The position numbers and the translations under genes are program-made. This document shows, one piece after another, positions 35,350 to 49,640 of a DNA stretch of 64,000 bases. The notes under the pieces were generated by a model. The model saw nothing but the letters and a program-made list of their open reading frames with translations. It made no database searches and had not been told where the DNA came from. Every line of letters starts with the position of its first letter. The stretch's first letter is position 1. The stretch is from Stegostoma tigrinum. Taxonomy: Eukaryota. The DNA lies in NCBI RefSeq assembly GCF_030684315.1, contig NC_081387.1, forward strand, positions 3,700,497-3,764,496, read 5' to 3'.

Positions 35350-36233
35350 CTCACTGATGTCAATTTGAAAGCCTGTGAGGATGAAGAATGCTATTCCCAC
35401 ACTAGAAATTTCTGTCAAACATTTACCAGGGGAACTGAGACAGCAGCTGCAATAAGTGACGTTTTATTCAGATGAGACAATGAAAAGTTTAAATTCCCAC
35501 CTGATCTGCTGCTCAAAGTCATCTCCATTTCACTGGTCAGTTTCACAAGCTTCAGGAAACTCATGTTGCTGCAGAAATATTTGGATTGGCTGTGAGAGAC
35601 GTCAATCAGAGAGCCCACCCACTCTGCCCATTCTCTCCTCTTCCTCTTCCAGAGCTGGTTCACTTCCTATAGGGACTGAAAACCAAGTGAGGAGATGGTG
35701 AGTGAAGGAGCAGCTTTTATACAAATTGTATCCCATAATATCCACACCAATCTTCAGGCAGTCTGACTATCCTGTGGGTAATCAGGGGTGGAAATGTCCC
35801 TTATGCTGTGTGAGAAGATCCAGCTGAGAGAGCTGTTTACTCAGTGCTTTGTGCTGAACTGTTTGAGTGGAGCTGTGTGTTGGATATTGTATGTGTTTAT
35901 TGGAAGCATTTCCCTCCTGATTTCCAGGCTGTGTTTTGTTGATGGCTCATTACTGAATATAAATCATAGACTCCCTACAGTGTGGATTGAGGCTATTTGG
36001 CCCATCGATTCAGCACTGACCTCCAAAGTGCATTCCACCCAGTCCCAGCCCCTACCTTATTCCCGTATCGTCACATGGACCCTGAATCCTGGACAGTACA
36101 GACAATTATGGTCAATCCAGTCAATCTGTACATCTGTGAGACGGTAAAGTGCAAGGTGTCTGGGGATCCTTACTGATTTCCTGATGTTGAGTTGTGTGTG
36201 TGTGTTGGAAGCTGGTTATTATCCTGTGGACTG
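35350..36233 (+). promoter_or_regulatory. ZF promoter/first-exon module copy (ZF gene 5), interrupted by a SINE at ~35962-36150
   Basis: ATG 35695-35697, donor GT 35698; acceptor AG 36460-36461. Confidence 0.7.
35962..36150 (-). mobile_element. HE1-like SINE / CR1-tail fragment
   Basis: AATCATAGACTCCCTACAGTGTGGA...GGCCCATCG; similar to 62777-62937. Confidence 0.55.
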
Positions 36234-36933
36234 TCAGTTGTTGAATTCATTGCTTCCCCTGGGGAAAGACCCTCAACTCCCTTTCAGAGCCAATCAATGC
36301 CCCCAGTCCAGGACCACCTGGAGATGAGTAATTAGGGATTGGCAACAGATCAGTTTTAACCACATCCTGTTAAATTTGAATAAGAAAAGACTGAGGAGTC
36401 AGCCCCTTCAGCAAAGAAGAGGGAGTTTGATGAAATCATGCTTCTTTTTCATGTTTTACAGAAGGATTGAACTGTACTGCATGAAAGAATACAGAGAGGA
36501 TATATACTGCAGATAGATTCTGACCATCATGCAAGAAACAACTGCATAACAGTGGGAAGACATCCAGTCCCTTCACCATTGCTCAAGACAGAGAAAGTTG
36601 GACGGTGAAACCATCATACAGAAATCAGTCAGATCAGGGAGGTTTGACTTATCATCAGATCTGAAACTGGTCAGTGGTGTGGAGCCTTCCATTGGAACTA
36701 GCCTTTCTGAAGGTTCGGCTGTGGGTGATCAGTCAGGGTGAGGCTGGGAAGAAGTATGAGTGGCTCCAAGTGTGGTGAGAGCTTCAGTCATTCATCAAGC
36801 CTCATGACCCACTGACTCATTCCTACAAGGGAGAGGCTGTTTTTGATCGGGAGCAGAGTTCCTAACTTGGTAATATCTCTTAATGCACAAGGTGCATCAG
36901 TTGTTTAACTGTTAAGACAGAACTGTTAATTGC

Positions 36934-38205
36934 ATGGAAGAGAAACGCTTCCAGTGTGACATGTGTGACCGAGCTTTTGCAAGGTCTTCAATGCTTGTAA
37001 ATCACCGACACATTCACACTGGGGAGAAGCCTTTCAAATGTGAGGAGTGCAACAAGAGCTATGCGCGATTATCAGGTCTGGTGATTCACCGACGAGTTCA
37101 TACTGGGAAGAAACCGTTCACATGTGAGGTGTGTGAGAAATCATTCTTACAGTCATCAACCCTCCTCATGCACCAACGCATTCACACAGGGGAGAAACCA
37201 TTCACATGTGAGATATGCAATAAATCATTCTCACAGTCCTCAACGCTTGTTGTACACCAACGCATTCATACAGGGGAGAAACCATTCAAATGCAAGGTGT
37301 GTGACAAATCCTTCTCATCATCATCAGAACTTCGTGTACACCAACGTATTCACACAGGAGAGAAACCATTCAGTTGTGACTTGTGTGGTAAATCATTCTT
37401 GAGGTCATCAGAACTCCGTGTCCATCAACGCATTCACACAGGGGAGAAACCATTCACCTGCGAAGTATGTGACAAATCATTCTCATCATCATCACACCTC
37501 CGCGTCCATCAACGTATTCACACTGGAGAGAAACCATTCACCTGTGAAGTCTGTGACAAATCATTCTCATCATCATCAAACCTCCATGTGCACCAACGCA
37601 TCCACACAGGGCAGAAACCATTCCGGTGTGGGACGTGTGACAAATCATTCTCTCAGTCAGGAGACCTCTGCACGCACCATCTCATTCACACAGGGGAAAA
37701 ACTGTTTAAGTGTGAGATGTGTCAGAAATCATTCTCCAATTCATCGAGACTCCTGCGCCATCAGATGATTCATACAGGAGAGAAACCATTCAGGTGTGAG
37801 ATATGTGGCAAATTATTTTCACAGTTAGGAGACCTCCACAGTCACCAACGCATTCACACAGGGGAGAAACCATACACATGTGATGTGTGCATGAAATCAT
37901 TCTCTCATTCATCAACCCTCCGCAGACACCAACGTATTCACTCAGCAGAGAAACTATTTGCTTGTGAGGTGTGTGACAAATCATTTTCAAAGCCATTAAG
38001 CCTCCTGCTGCATCAGAGGACCCACACAGGGAAGAAACTATCTGTGTGTGAAGTGTGTAATAAATCATTCGCGAATTCATCGAATCTCCGCAGACACAAA
38101 AGCATCCACACAGGGGAGAAACCATTCACATGCGAAGTGTGTGACAAATCATTCTCAAAGTCCTGGAATCTCCTGCTCCATCAGAGGATTCACACAGGGG
38201 AGTAA
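36934..38205 (+). CDS. Poly-C2H2 zinc-finger protein (ZF gene 5): 15 fingers
   Basis: 423-aa ORF starting MEEKRF; stop falls inside a TGE(K) linker. Confidence 0.9.
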   Translation: MEEKRFQCDMCDRAFARSSMLVNHRHIHTGEKPFKCEECNKSYARLSGLVIHRRVHTGKKPFTCEVCEKSFLQSSTLLMHQRIHTGEKPFTCEICNKSFSQSSTLVVHQRIHTGEKPFKCKVCDKSFSSSSELRVHQRIHTGEKPFSCDLCGKSFLRSSELRVHQRIHTGEKPFTCEVCDKSFSSSSHLRVHQRIHTGEKPFTCEVCDKSFSSSSNLHVHQRIHTGQKPFRCGTCDKSFSQSGDLCTHHLIHTGEKLFKCEMCQKSFSNSSRLLRHQMIHTGEKPFRCEICGKLFSQLGDLHSHQRIHTGEKPYTCDVCMKSFSHSSTLRRHQRIHSAEKLFACEVCDKSFSKPLSLLLHQRTHTGKKLSVCEVCNKSFANSSNLRRHKSIHTGEKPFTCEVCDKSFSKSWNLLLHQRIHTGE

Positions 38206-41087
38206 CCCTTCAACTGTAGGTTTGACATTTTGTGCTGGTTTCAACCACTTGGGATACTCCAGGATTTGCACAAGGTAGAAAATCTTCAGGTGTGATATTT
38301 GTGACTGTTTTTGCATAGCCAGTATATCTCCTGGTTCATCAGTGCTTTCACCAGGGAGATGCCATTCAGAGTCAGTTCTGCAATAAAGTTTTTACACTGT
38401 TGTTGGATCTCTTGAAACATCAACGAACATACACCAGAGCCAATGCACTTGTGCCAGGATTGATTCATATCCTCCTCTCACCATATACCAATGTCTCCAC
38501 ACCGACTTGGAGCTGGGTCACCTGCTCCATCAGACTGCGAGCTGTCTGTGTTATTTCCCCTCCAGTGCTCACACAAGGGGGAGCTGTCATTCCAGAGCAC
38601 TGTCTGTCTCAGCGCGTCTATCTCTCTCACTAGCAGACCAATGATTTCAAGGTCAATTGCACCTTTTGATCAGACCACCAAACACCACCAAAAGAAGACA
38701 TTAGCAGAGGGTCATTTTAACGATAATGTTTGTAATGAGTTTAACTGTGCAGGGTGTTCAGTAGTTATGGGGCGTAGAACAAGAGCAGGTTTCACTTACC
38801 ATCAAACAACTAGGGATGACAACAGCAATGCTGAGGGAATATAATATCAATTTTTAAGTTTTGTTTTTTTTTTATTGTCATGTTACAAACAGGTAACAGG
38901 TTTTAAAATAAATCTCTGTCCCTATTCTCACCACTTGTCCAGAAGCAGAATGTGATTTAAATCTTCCCCTAATTTTTAACAATGGGTGTATATCTCCCAC
39001 ACTCACTATTTTTGAGGGCTGTAACTTTGTAAGGACCGCAACAAGACTGTGATCATGAAAAATAGAATACATTTCACACACTGGTTGGTGGTCAGTGAAT
39101 TTTTCACAACACAGGCACACTTATAATCGCACAAGGAGATTTAAAAACAACAAATAGATACAGAGTTTCAGATCAATTTGTAATCAATTAATCATTAAAA
39201 AAGATGGATACCAGTTTATCAGTGTTCTTGCTTTTAAATCCAGAGTTAGATAGACCAAGTTTAGAGTTGGCAGTCTGGAATTTTCATATAGAGTGTGTTG
39301 ATTAGCTTAACAGTAATTGAATTGCAGGTAAGTTATTTTTAAAAATCCCTTTAAAAGTTTTCTGAGGAAGTTTTGCTGAAACACACTTCTACTTTGCTGT
39401 TTTGATGAAAGCAGATTTATTTGCAGAATGCAAAAGTACGGGTCTGTGGCTCCATTTTCCATGCCAGAGGCTTCTCCTTTGTCACCCAGAATTAAGTGTT
39501 GATTTTATCAGTAAATGTGGATTGGAGCAACATTATCCCTTAAACTGTCTGCTGTTTCGGAACTGCAGTTAAGAAGTATTCAATGCTGTGGAAGTCACAT
39601 GACTAAACCTCTTGGTGGAGTAGAAGAAATCACTTTTAAGATAAAGGCTGCCATGCAGAGAGCCAGCTGTTTATGACTCTTTACAAGGGTTAACTGAAAA
39701 GTTATTAATACATCTTCTTGTAGGATGGATGTAACTTTCAGTTCTATTATGCGAGGGATTTTCTTTGAGAGTTGTCCCTGTAGCAAATTAAAATACAACT
39801 GTTCGTCTTCCACATCCATCAGGAGATACCTGGGTGTCAGTAGTCTGGCTGATATTGACTTTGACGAATTTTTTTGGAAGATTTTTGTGAAGTTCAGTTA
39901 TACAATTATAGCAGTCATCTTTGTTGGGCTGTTTACTGTGTTTTTAAGAAGTCATATGTATCAACAATTGATTTGTTTTCTGTGCACGACACAGCATGGA
40001 GCCACCCTGCAGTGTGATGTCAGTGACACAGGACTTGGAGTAATCCCCATGCAGTGAGGGCAACCCGTTGTGTTTGTATTCACAGTGTTAACACACACTG
40101 AACACTACTGTACACAGATTGAGAAAGAGACCCTGCCTATTGGTTTTGCTTGTGAGCTTTTCAAACACTAAAACCACTTCACTGTTTTCCAAAGCATTGA
40201 ACAAGAGTGTTAATATTGTGACCAAGCTGGGAAGACTGCACTGTCACTCTCTCTTTAGTCCCACTCCAAGGGTGCAACATCAATGTAACTGCTTTACCTG
40301 CTGCCAATATGGTCAATCTTATGCTTAGTCAATATTAGACTTAGAATAAAAAGATCCACCAACCAGGTTGCTTAAATCAAGACAAAATTATTGACAACTT
40401 ATTCAGTGAAGATGTAGAACTGGTTAACACACAGTTTGCAATATGAAAATATGAATGTTTACACCTTTAATAACACTAAACATCCACACGCACATTACAT
40501 AGAGGAGAAAATAATGATTTATCTTATAGAAATTCATATTGGACAAAAGCTCTCTTGGTTAATACAGGTTATTTCTTGAAGGAGAAAAGATAAGGTGTGG
40601 AACATCCAGCTGGCTATCAACCTGTTGTTCTGGCACATATAGATAGGTCACTGAATTTTAGTCTTGGCAGATGCATCTTGCCCAAGAAACACAGTATTGG
40701 TAAATTTGTAATACCAAACTGTACCAAAACTGGAATTTCAGTTTTTGAATTTTTCCACATAGGCTTAAGGGTTGTGAATTGTATATACTAGTGATTCCCT
40801 GTAGCAATTGTAGACATATGCTTCAAAATGTTTAAGAGCCAGTTGTAATCCCCTTCAGGTTTCTTTGTCCTCTGTGGATGATCAGTTTTAATGTTGATGA
40901 ACTTTTTGAAAGAGTATTCATTGGCTTCTTTCTGTCTGGCTCATATTCTCATACAGGACTGCATCTAATCACAAGTCACAGCATCAATTACTAACTTTAA
41001 GGGTTTAATGAAATTAGGGCAGCCAATGCTGGTCCATTTATTAAATTGGCTTTCGGTCTCTTTAAAACTGTTTGATAATCTCCTAAA

Positions 41088-41220
41088 CAAAAACAGATAT
41101 TTCTGGAAAAGTTCAGCAGGTCTGGCAGCATCTGTGGAGAGAAATCAGAGTTAAAGTTTCAGGTTGAGTGGCCCTTCCTCAGAACCTTTTGTTTCTGATT
41201 TATAGCATCCACAGTTCTTT
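41088..41220 (-). repeat. Penelope-type terminal fragment with hammerhead-like motif
   Basis: Reverse complement CTGAGGAAGGGCCACTCAACCTGAAACTTT. Confidence 0.55.
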
Positions 41221-42174
41221 TATAGCAGCATACAACACAGAAACAGACCTTTTGGTCCAACCAGTCCACACTGAATATAATCCTGAACTAAATTAATGCC
41301 ACCTGCCTGTGGTTTTGATAATCTCCTAATCATGTTACTTTAACTTTTTTTAGTAGATCTGTCAGTGGAGCAGAAATTTAGGATTGAAACCACATATCAC
41401 TGAAAAACTTCATAATTTCAGCTTTAGTTTTAGGGCCAGGGAATTCAACTTTTGCTGCTCTAAGCAGCAGTTGTCCTTGCCCTACTGTAGGTCCTAAATT
41501 GGTCACCTGCACATTTGCAAACTTTTGACAATGTTAATCATCGAACCAATTGATTGTAATTTTTTAAAAATAGAACTTTCAATTGTTCTTCCATTATTCC
41601 CTATATACCATAATCAAGGTGGACTACACAGTTAGGAACACTGGCTACCACTTGGTGCATCAGTCTCTGGAGGGTGGCTTGGGCACCTTTAGCCAGAATC
41701 ACATCATCACTGGAAAAGACTGTCTAATGTGACAAAGTTTGAAATCTCTTTTAGTTATTGATGTTAAAGCAGCCTGTCAGTATCCCTTTAACAAATCTAT
41801 TTTAGTAAGAAATACTGTAGACTCTAATAACACAGAGTCTGAGTTTGTGAGCATGGAATTGAGTAGGAGGTGCCTTTGTTACCGCATTGACCATTCCATA
41901 GTCTGTGCACACATCACTATTAAACACTAACATTACTGGAGAATTTCAGCCAGGTTCACTCTGGTTTTACAACATGGATTATATTTCTCTTTTCACGTGG
42001 GCCTGTTTTGCTGAACCTAAATGATAGGATGTTATTTTGTTGTGATAAAGAGTTACAGACTCAAAACATTAGCTCAGATTTCATCCCACAGATGCTGCCA
42101 AACCTGCTGAGTTTCAGCAATAATTTCTGATTTTGTTTCAGATCTTCAGCATTTGCAGTTCTTTGTTTTATTTA

Positions 42175-42990
42175 GACCATAGGACCATAAGATATAGGAG
42201 TGGAAGTAAGGCCATTCGGCCCATCAAGTCCACTCCACCATTTAAATCACGGCTGATGGGCATTTCAACTCCGCTTCCCTGCACTCTCCCCGTAGCCCTT
42301 GATTCCTTCTGAGATCAAGAATTTGTCGATCTCTGCCTTGAAGGCATCCAACATCCCGGCCTCCACTGCACTCCACGGCAATGAATTCCACAAGCCCACC
42401 ACTCTCTGGCTGAAGAAATGTCATCTCATTTCAGTTTTAAATTTACCCCTCTAATTTTAAGGCTGTGCCCACGGGTCCTAGTCTCCCCACCTAACGGAAA
42501 CAACTTCCTAGCGTCCACCCCTTCTAAACCATACATTATCTTGTAAGTTTCCATTAGATCTCCCCTCAACCTTCTAAGCTCTAATGAGTACAATCCCAGG
42601 ATCCTTAGCCGTTCATCATACATTAAACCTACCGTTCCAGGGATCATCCGTGTGAATCTCCGCTGGACACGCTCCAGGGCTAGTATGTCCTTCCTGAAGT
42701 GTGGGGCCCAAAATTGGACAGTATTCTAAATGGGGCCTAACTAGAGCTTTATAAAGCCTCAGAAGCACATTGCTGCTTTTATATTCCAACCCTCTTGAGA
42801 TAAACAACAACATTACATTCACTTTCTTAATTACGGACTCTACCTGCAAGTTAACCTTTAGAGAATCCTGGACCAACACTGCCAGATCCCTTTGTATTTC
42901 TGCTTTGCGAATTTTCTCACCATTTAGAAAATAGTCCATGCCTGTATTCTTTTTTCCAAAGTGCAAAACCTCACATTTACTCACATTTCA
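42175..42990 (-). mobile_element. 5'-truncated CR1 LINE
   Basis: SKCEVLHFGKKN...LYKALVRPHLEYC...RRLRGDLMETYKIM; short tandem tail GACCATAGGACCATAAG. Confidence 0.9.
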
Positions 42991-44509
42991 GGCCTCTTTG
43001 TTGGTCTGTATCTGAATATGAGGGTATAATGTCTGTCCTTTCTAACAGTTCAGTATTACCTAACCAGATGGTAATTTCAACATATTGACATGACACAGCC
43101 TGTTCTTCTGGTAATCTGGGGTGTCAGTTCGAAAAATTGCTTTAGCAATCCTTTTGACTATCACAGAGGGACCTCTGAACTACACTTTCAATGGACAATG
43201 CTTGATATCTGTTGGGGGAGCTCTTAGATTCAATAATTAAGAAGGTAACAGCTGAACACTTGTGAAGAGTCAGCATGGGTTTGTGAAAGAGAAATCATGT
43301 TTAACCAACTTATTGGAGTTTTTTGAAGGAGTAATGTACTATGGACAAGGGAAAGCCTGTTGAAGTATTACCCTGATTTTCAGAAGGCATTTGACAAGGT
43401 GCTACAGGAAATTGGGACAATTCTGATGTCGAGATGTCTAACGTTTTGACTAAATGTAACTTTTATATTAAAGTAAACTTTGTAAAGTTTATAATTGTAT
43501 GGACTTTAGATTTTCATCGCACAAAACAATGTATTAGGTTAGTAATGTGACTACTTCATTATTTTACATAACTGTTCACAGTTTGCTGAGATTAGCAGTT
43601 TGTGACTTTCTGTATTGTTTTAGTTTTTAAATAGTTTTGAAGTTATGAACAACTTTTTGTGCTGTCTTTGCCCTTTTCAAAAAAATATAAACTCTTTCCA
43701 CATCGAGTGGAAACACAGGAGAAACCAACATGAGTGAACAGATGGCCGTAAGAGAAACAAAGGTTAGCCATAACTTACCAATTTATTGGAAGCTCCGTCA
43801 AATAAGTGAGAATTGAGACATGAGCTCAAAAATTCAATCATTGAATCCTGACTGCATATGGTTCCCTTTTATTCGACAGAAACACATAGAACATTTCAAT
43901 CAACCCACTAAACAAACAGTCATAAAGTAACAATTAACAGACCGTAGTGAAGAGATGACATTAATGAATGTCCATCACACTTAACAGCCAATTAGAAATT
44001 GATTATGCATCCCATAAACCAGTTAGCAATAAACACTGCAAAACCTAGGTCAATCAATAATGATGTAATTAATCATGTTGCGGAATATGGTTTAGAAAGA
44101 GTTAAGAGTTTCGACGACAGAAGTTCGTATCAAGTTTGAAAACAAAGCTATGCTGCTATCAAAGTGGAACAGAAGACTCTCAATGTGTTTCAGAGAGACC
44201 AGAGACCGAGTAATGACCTACTCCCTAAGCTGAAATCGAAAGCAAGTGCTATAGTATTCCAGTAAAGTCGGTACCTTACTTTCATAGGTATTATTTATAA
44301 TCTAAGTAAAGGTCACTTAGTTATTGCAGTAGACGGTCTTCTGTTGCTTAATAATTAAAGTATCAAATGACAAAGTAATAGATCTTACACCAACTTTCCA
44401 CACTCTTCAAACTGAAGTCCGCAAAAATGAATAAAAATGAAGCCAATGCACCAATGGGAGCAGTTTTTTTTGTTGCTTTGACCATCTATATGAACAGTGC
44501 TTCATAAAG

Positions 44510-45600
44510 CCAAGATGTGGAGGTGCTGGTGTTGGACTGAGGTGGACAAAGTCAGAAATCACACAACATCAGGTTATAGTCCAACAGGTTTATTTGAAAA
44601 CACAAGCTTTCGGAACCTCAGTACTTCTTCAGATGTTAGTGAGAGAGCTAGTATCGGACACAGAATTTATATGGAAAAGATCAACGGTTGACAACATTGA
44701 TGAGGATGTACTAAACAAACCTAAGATGCTGTTAAATCTTTAATCAGTTGGAAGGTTTTAATTGATTAATACGCATATGTATATATCCCCAAATTCCTTT
44801 CAAGTCACTGTCTTGAGAAAACTAAAGGTTTTATCAGTGCAAAAAAGAAGAGGTGACATTTTAGGTCAGACAATGCATGTTAGGTGTGAGGCCTTGTTTA
44901 GAATGTGTTTGTGTTTTAGTTTGGAGTCAGACTGGTTTTATTTCTAAAGTAGGAATTTATAAAACTCCATATTGACTGTCAATAAATTGTGTGCTTTTTG
45001 AACAAAATATAAATATAAATTCACCCTATAGATTCACATGTGCGTGTGTGCATGCAAGTAAATGGAGTGAGAGAGAGAGACGGTGTGTGTGAGAGTGGAG
45101 AGGGAGTGTGTGTGGGTGGGGGCAGGAGACAGTGTGCATGTGGAGTGGGGGGAAGAGAGAATGTGTGTGTATGTGTGTGTGGGAGAGAGTGTGTGTGTGA
45201 GACAGACGACATTGGCTGAATCACATGAGTATCTGCCGTGCACATGGTGGGTGGTGTTCCCATGTGTGGTGGTAGTATGCATGTTGAAGATCTGATATGT
45301 CTTGCAGAGATTACCATGACAGCGTTGTATATGTTGTGGTCGATGTTGTCACGAAGGCTGGGTAGTTTGCTGTGAACAACGGTCTGTTAAAGATTTGGCA
45401 ATTGTTGGTCGGTGAGAAGTGGAGGCGTAGGGAAGATCTTGGCGAGGTGCTCATTGTCATCGATAATGTGTTGAAGGCTGCGAAGAACATGGTCCAGTTT
45501 CTCCGCTCCTGGGAAGCACTGGATGACGAAGGGCCCCCTATCGGATGTATCCGATGTCTGTCTTCTGAGGAGGTCATTACGGTTTTTTGCTGTGGTACAC
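44510..45600 (-). mobile_element. Penelope-like element fragment (third family) with hammerhead-like motif at ~44600-44633
   Basis: LDHVLRSLQHIIDDNEHLAKIFPTPPLL and HVHGRYSCDSANVV; reverse complement CTGAAGAAGTACTGAGGTTCCGAAAGCTT. Confidence 0.7.
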
Positions 45601-46351
45601 TGGAACATAAAACCAAGAAATCTCTTTTCTCGTTCAGGAATAGGAACTTTTCACTTCAAATGGACTTTCATTGTGATTGGGCTTCTCACAACTACTGGAT
45701 GTCTCACATCTCTCTGAAGGCAACAGGCTGCAGTCATTGTAATGTAGGAAACACAGCTGCTCACTACCAGCTCCCATAAAAATCACTGCAATAATGCCTA
45801 GATAACCTGTCTTTTGTGTTTTGTATGAAGGACAAGTACTCTGCAGGAAACTATGGACAATTCCCTTGCCCTTGCAAAAGTTATAAGGGATCTTTTAAGT
45901 CCACTTGAGAACATTCTGGTCTTTGGGTTCTAGTTGAGACAGCACGTCTGACAGTGCAGCAGTCTATTTACTGCACCTGAGTACCACACACAATAACACA
46001 CCCTCAAACAGATGTTCTAGTTCCACATATACATCCAGTGTCTGTTTGTTAGGGTGGGCAAAAGACCAGTGTTGATGAGACTTCTGTAGTTTCTGGCACA
46101 AAATTATGACTCTTTACTGAAAAATTCATGTATGGTACAGTTATTTTGTTAAGATTGGTCTGGAATCCATCCAGCATGGTGAATTCTCACCAATCATTTC
46201 CTGATTCATATTCTACTAGCTTCCAGCTTTGAGAGAAAATCTATGACAAAGTGCATGTGAATTCTATCATCATTGATCTTTCAGTTACTAAAGAGCAATT
46301 ATTCCACTCAGTGATGGGGGAGCTATGCCTGAGATCAAAAGAAGTATTTGC

Positions 46352-46445
46352 AATAACAAGGTGTAGAGCTGGATGAACACAGCAGGCCAAGCAGTATCAG
46401 AGGAGCAGGAAAACTGACGTTTGGGCCTTGACCCTTCTTCAGAAA
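46352..46445 (-). repeat. Penelope-type terminal fragment with degenerate hammerhead
   Basis: Reverse complement CTGAAGAAGGGTCAAGGCCCAAACGTCAG. Confidence 0.65.
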
Positions 46446-47077
46446 TCATTTCTGAATGTTATGCAGCACAGACTGAGCAGGACATGTTGTTTATTCACAC
46501 TGTGTCTCTCTGAGGTAGCTCACAGAGAGAAACAGGATGTTGAGGAACTGTTTCAGCTATTGGCTACACCTGGGGATGTATCACAGTATTCCAAAGAAAG
46601 AGAGAATGGTCACAATCATTCTGGTATACTGAACGCTGAAAAAGAGTCTAGTCTGGGACAGCCAGGTTAGGAACAAGAAGAGATGAATAGAATGGGCCAT
46701 CCCAATAGAGGTAAATGGATCAGGAAATCCTGAGAAAGGTGAATGGACCAGCAGACCCCAGTAAAGATGAACAGACTGGCTTGGTTCAGGATAGGAGTCA
46801 GACATATGAAGCCTGAGAAACTGGAACTAAGGACAACTGAAGCTCCAAGAGGTGGTCATTGTACAGGGCAGGACACATTAGGTCATGGGACAGCTACATA
46901 TACAATAAGCTCAACACCCCTCCCTCCAACCATTTTATCTCACAAGAGTCACTGAATCTCTCTAAGCACCCAGTAATTCTTCTGTCGCACTCCCTCCCAT
47001 GCCCCCCTCTCCTGTGCTTCTGCCAATCCCATCACCGCACATCACCTCTGCTCTAGATGCTGTGGGTCTTCGTCTTG

Positions 47078-47785
47078 CTCACTGACGTCAGTTTGAAAGT
47101 CTCTGAGGATGAAGAATGCTATTCCCACACTAGAAATCTCTGTCAAACATTTACCAGGGGAACTGAGACAGCAGCTGCAATAAGGGAGGTTTTATTCAGA
47201 TGGGACAATGACAAGTTTAAATCTCCACCTGATCTGCTGCTCAAAGTCACCTCCATTTCACCGGTCAGTTTCCCAAGCTTCAGGAAACTCATGTTGCTGC
47301 AGAAATATTTGGATTGGCTGTGACAGACGTCAATCAGAGAGCCCACCCACTCCTCTTCCTCTTCCAGAGCTGGTTCACTTCCTATGGGGACTGAAAACCA
47401 AGTGAGGAGATGGTGAGTGAAGGAGCAGCTTTTATACAAATTGTATCCCATAATATCCACACCAATCTTCAGGCAGTCTGACTGTCCTGTGGGTAATCAG
47501 GGGTGGAAATGTCCCTTATGCTGTGTGAGAAGATCCAGTGAGAGAGCTGTTTACTCGGTGCTTTGTGCTGAACTGTTTGACTGGAGCTGTGTGTTGGATA
47601 TTGAGTGTGTTTATTGGAAACATTTCCCTCCTGATTTCCAGCCTGAGTTTTGTTGATGGTTTATTCCTGAATATGAGAAGATGAGGTGTAACTGTCTGGG
47701 AGGTGCAGAGTGTCTGAGGATTCTCACTGATTTCCTGGTGTTAGTTGTGTGTGTGTCGGCCGCTGGGTATTATCCTGTGGACTGT
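47078..47785 (+). promoter_or_regulatory. ZF promoter/first-exon module copy (unit 6)
   Basis: ATG 47410-47412, donor GT 47413; downstream 47900-48000 resembles 990-1080 of unit 1. Confidence 0.7.
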
Positions 47786-49390
47786 AATTTATACACTTCC
47801 TCTGAGGAAATGTGCTCATTTGGAGGTTTGTACTGAGGGAGAGCTATTCCCTGGGGAGAATTAAAATGACAGTGAGCTGCCTCATTTTGGGGGCTAAATA
47901 GAGGAATAGGAATCTGTCATTTAGTGTCTCCAGTATGTCCCATCGTTCATTGAGGTCATGGTACCTTTGTGATCAAATTCCATATTCCTGGCCTTCATGT
48001 CCTCCCAAACCTTTGGTGAGTGGAAAGCTGTCAATCTCAGATTGAATGGTATCAGTCGATGTTACATTGAAGAAGGTTTGTGGACGTGAGTTTCAATTTT
48101 ATTTCACCCATTGTGTCTGAGACTCTGTCCTGATTTTACTCTCAAAAGTCTGGCTCTAAATTTCCAATGATAGCACTGGTCTTGGACTCCCCAACTAATA
48201 AAAATTGATGATGTCTATCTCTTTTCTACTGAAAACTTTGATCATGTCAGCTTCTGAAGTGTGAGGCATATAATCTGACTCTAATCTCTTCTCATAATTT
48301 AAATCTTGCTAACGATGGATCATTCCAGCAAATCTACTCAGTACTCCCTCCAAGAACAATATATCTTATTCTGACGCAATGACAGGATTGTCTAGATCTT
48401 GCTGATTTTCACTCATTCTTAAACTTTGCAGCGATTGTTTATCATTGTTTGCTCAGCCATTTTAGAGGCCAGTTCAGTGTTAGCGATGTTGTGTGGGACT
48501 GGAGACACAGGTAGACCAGTCCAGGCAGATGTAGCAGGTTTGCGTTATGAAGGACAATATTTACGCTTAAGAACAAGATTTTTATATTTTGATTTTGCTC
48601 CACATATTCTAAAATTTATTAAATTTGCCTTCACAACATGGAGTTGTTGAGGTGATCAGCAGAGACACCTTTAAGAGGAAACTAGAGTCACGAAATGGAG
48701 GATGGGACAAAAAACTGTGGTTCTAAGAGCTGCTGCTTTTTTGGGGGTATTTTTAGTGTTGGAGCTGATTTCTGCAAATTTTAGGAGCAGTAATTGCTTT
48801 TTGATAAGCTGTTGTATTGTTTTGGAACTGTAGGTAAAAATGATTAAAACAATGGCACTTTCTAAAAGGAGGAAGAGAGAAAGAGCAGATACCAAGTGGG
48901 AAGTGAAATAATTGGAAAAATAAACCTGCACAGCTGTCTGACCCAGCAGTGAACCTCACACCTGACGGCCTCTGCTGTTCAGCTTCAAGTGTCTATAGAC
49001 ACAGAGTTGGTTCTAAGAAAAATAAACAAGTGGTAAAATTCCCAGCTGACCTTGGAGAAACCTGTGTGGAGTAGTTCACAGCAGGGGAGCAGCTAAGTGG
49101 CTAGTTTTTAGTGTAATCTTACCGTTCATTTTTGTAAATCTACAACAGTGAGAAGAGTGGTTCTTTTTTGATTATATGTTTTTATTGAGACCTGTCTCTT
49201 GATTAAATTTTAAAAATATACAACATAGGTACTAAGTTACCCTTAGAGCAGTATTTTTAGAGCAGCAAGACTGGGCTATTTTCTGGGTCTGTAGATTGTT
49301 AAGGGATGGGGCCAGGGGTTCCATCTGGCCTGCTCCCACTCGCTCAAGTGGCTGCCGGAGGGTTTTAAATAAATGTACATAAATGCAAAG

Positions 49391-49640
49391 TTTCATCGAA
49401 ACATCTCTCAAGTCAGCAAAGTGAAATCTGTTCAGTTAGATGCCTGGGAGGATGATGAAGTTAAGTTTATGGCCTCTAATGGGAACAGTGCAACCAAAGC
49501 AAAATATGAGTTGAAGTTGCCGGCATTTTATTATAGACTAATGTTTACAGATGGTCAAGTACTTTGGGAACAGTGGATCCATACCAAATATGAAAGAAAG
49601 GGATTTGTTTGCATTGAGAAACAAGAGCCTCACTCTGCAG
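49391..49640 (+). pseudogene. ADAP1: Processed fragment of ADAP1 (centaurin-alpha1, ArfGAP domain)
   Basis: HRNISQVSKVKSVQLDAWEDDEVKFMASNGN...FYYR...EQWIHTKYERKGF..IEKQEPHSA matches my recollection of human ADAP1 HRNIPQVSKVKSVRLDAWEE..VEFMASHGN...FYYRP...EQWIRAKYERQEF..PEKQEPYSA. Colinear, no introns. Confidence 0.85.
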
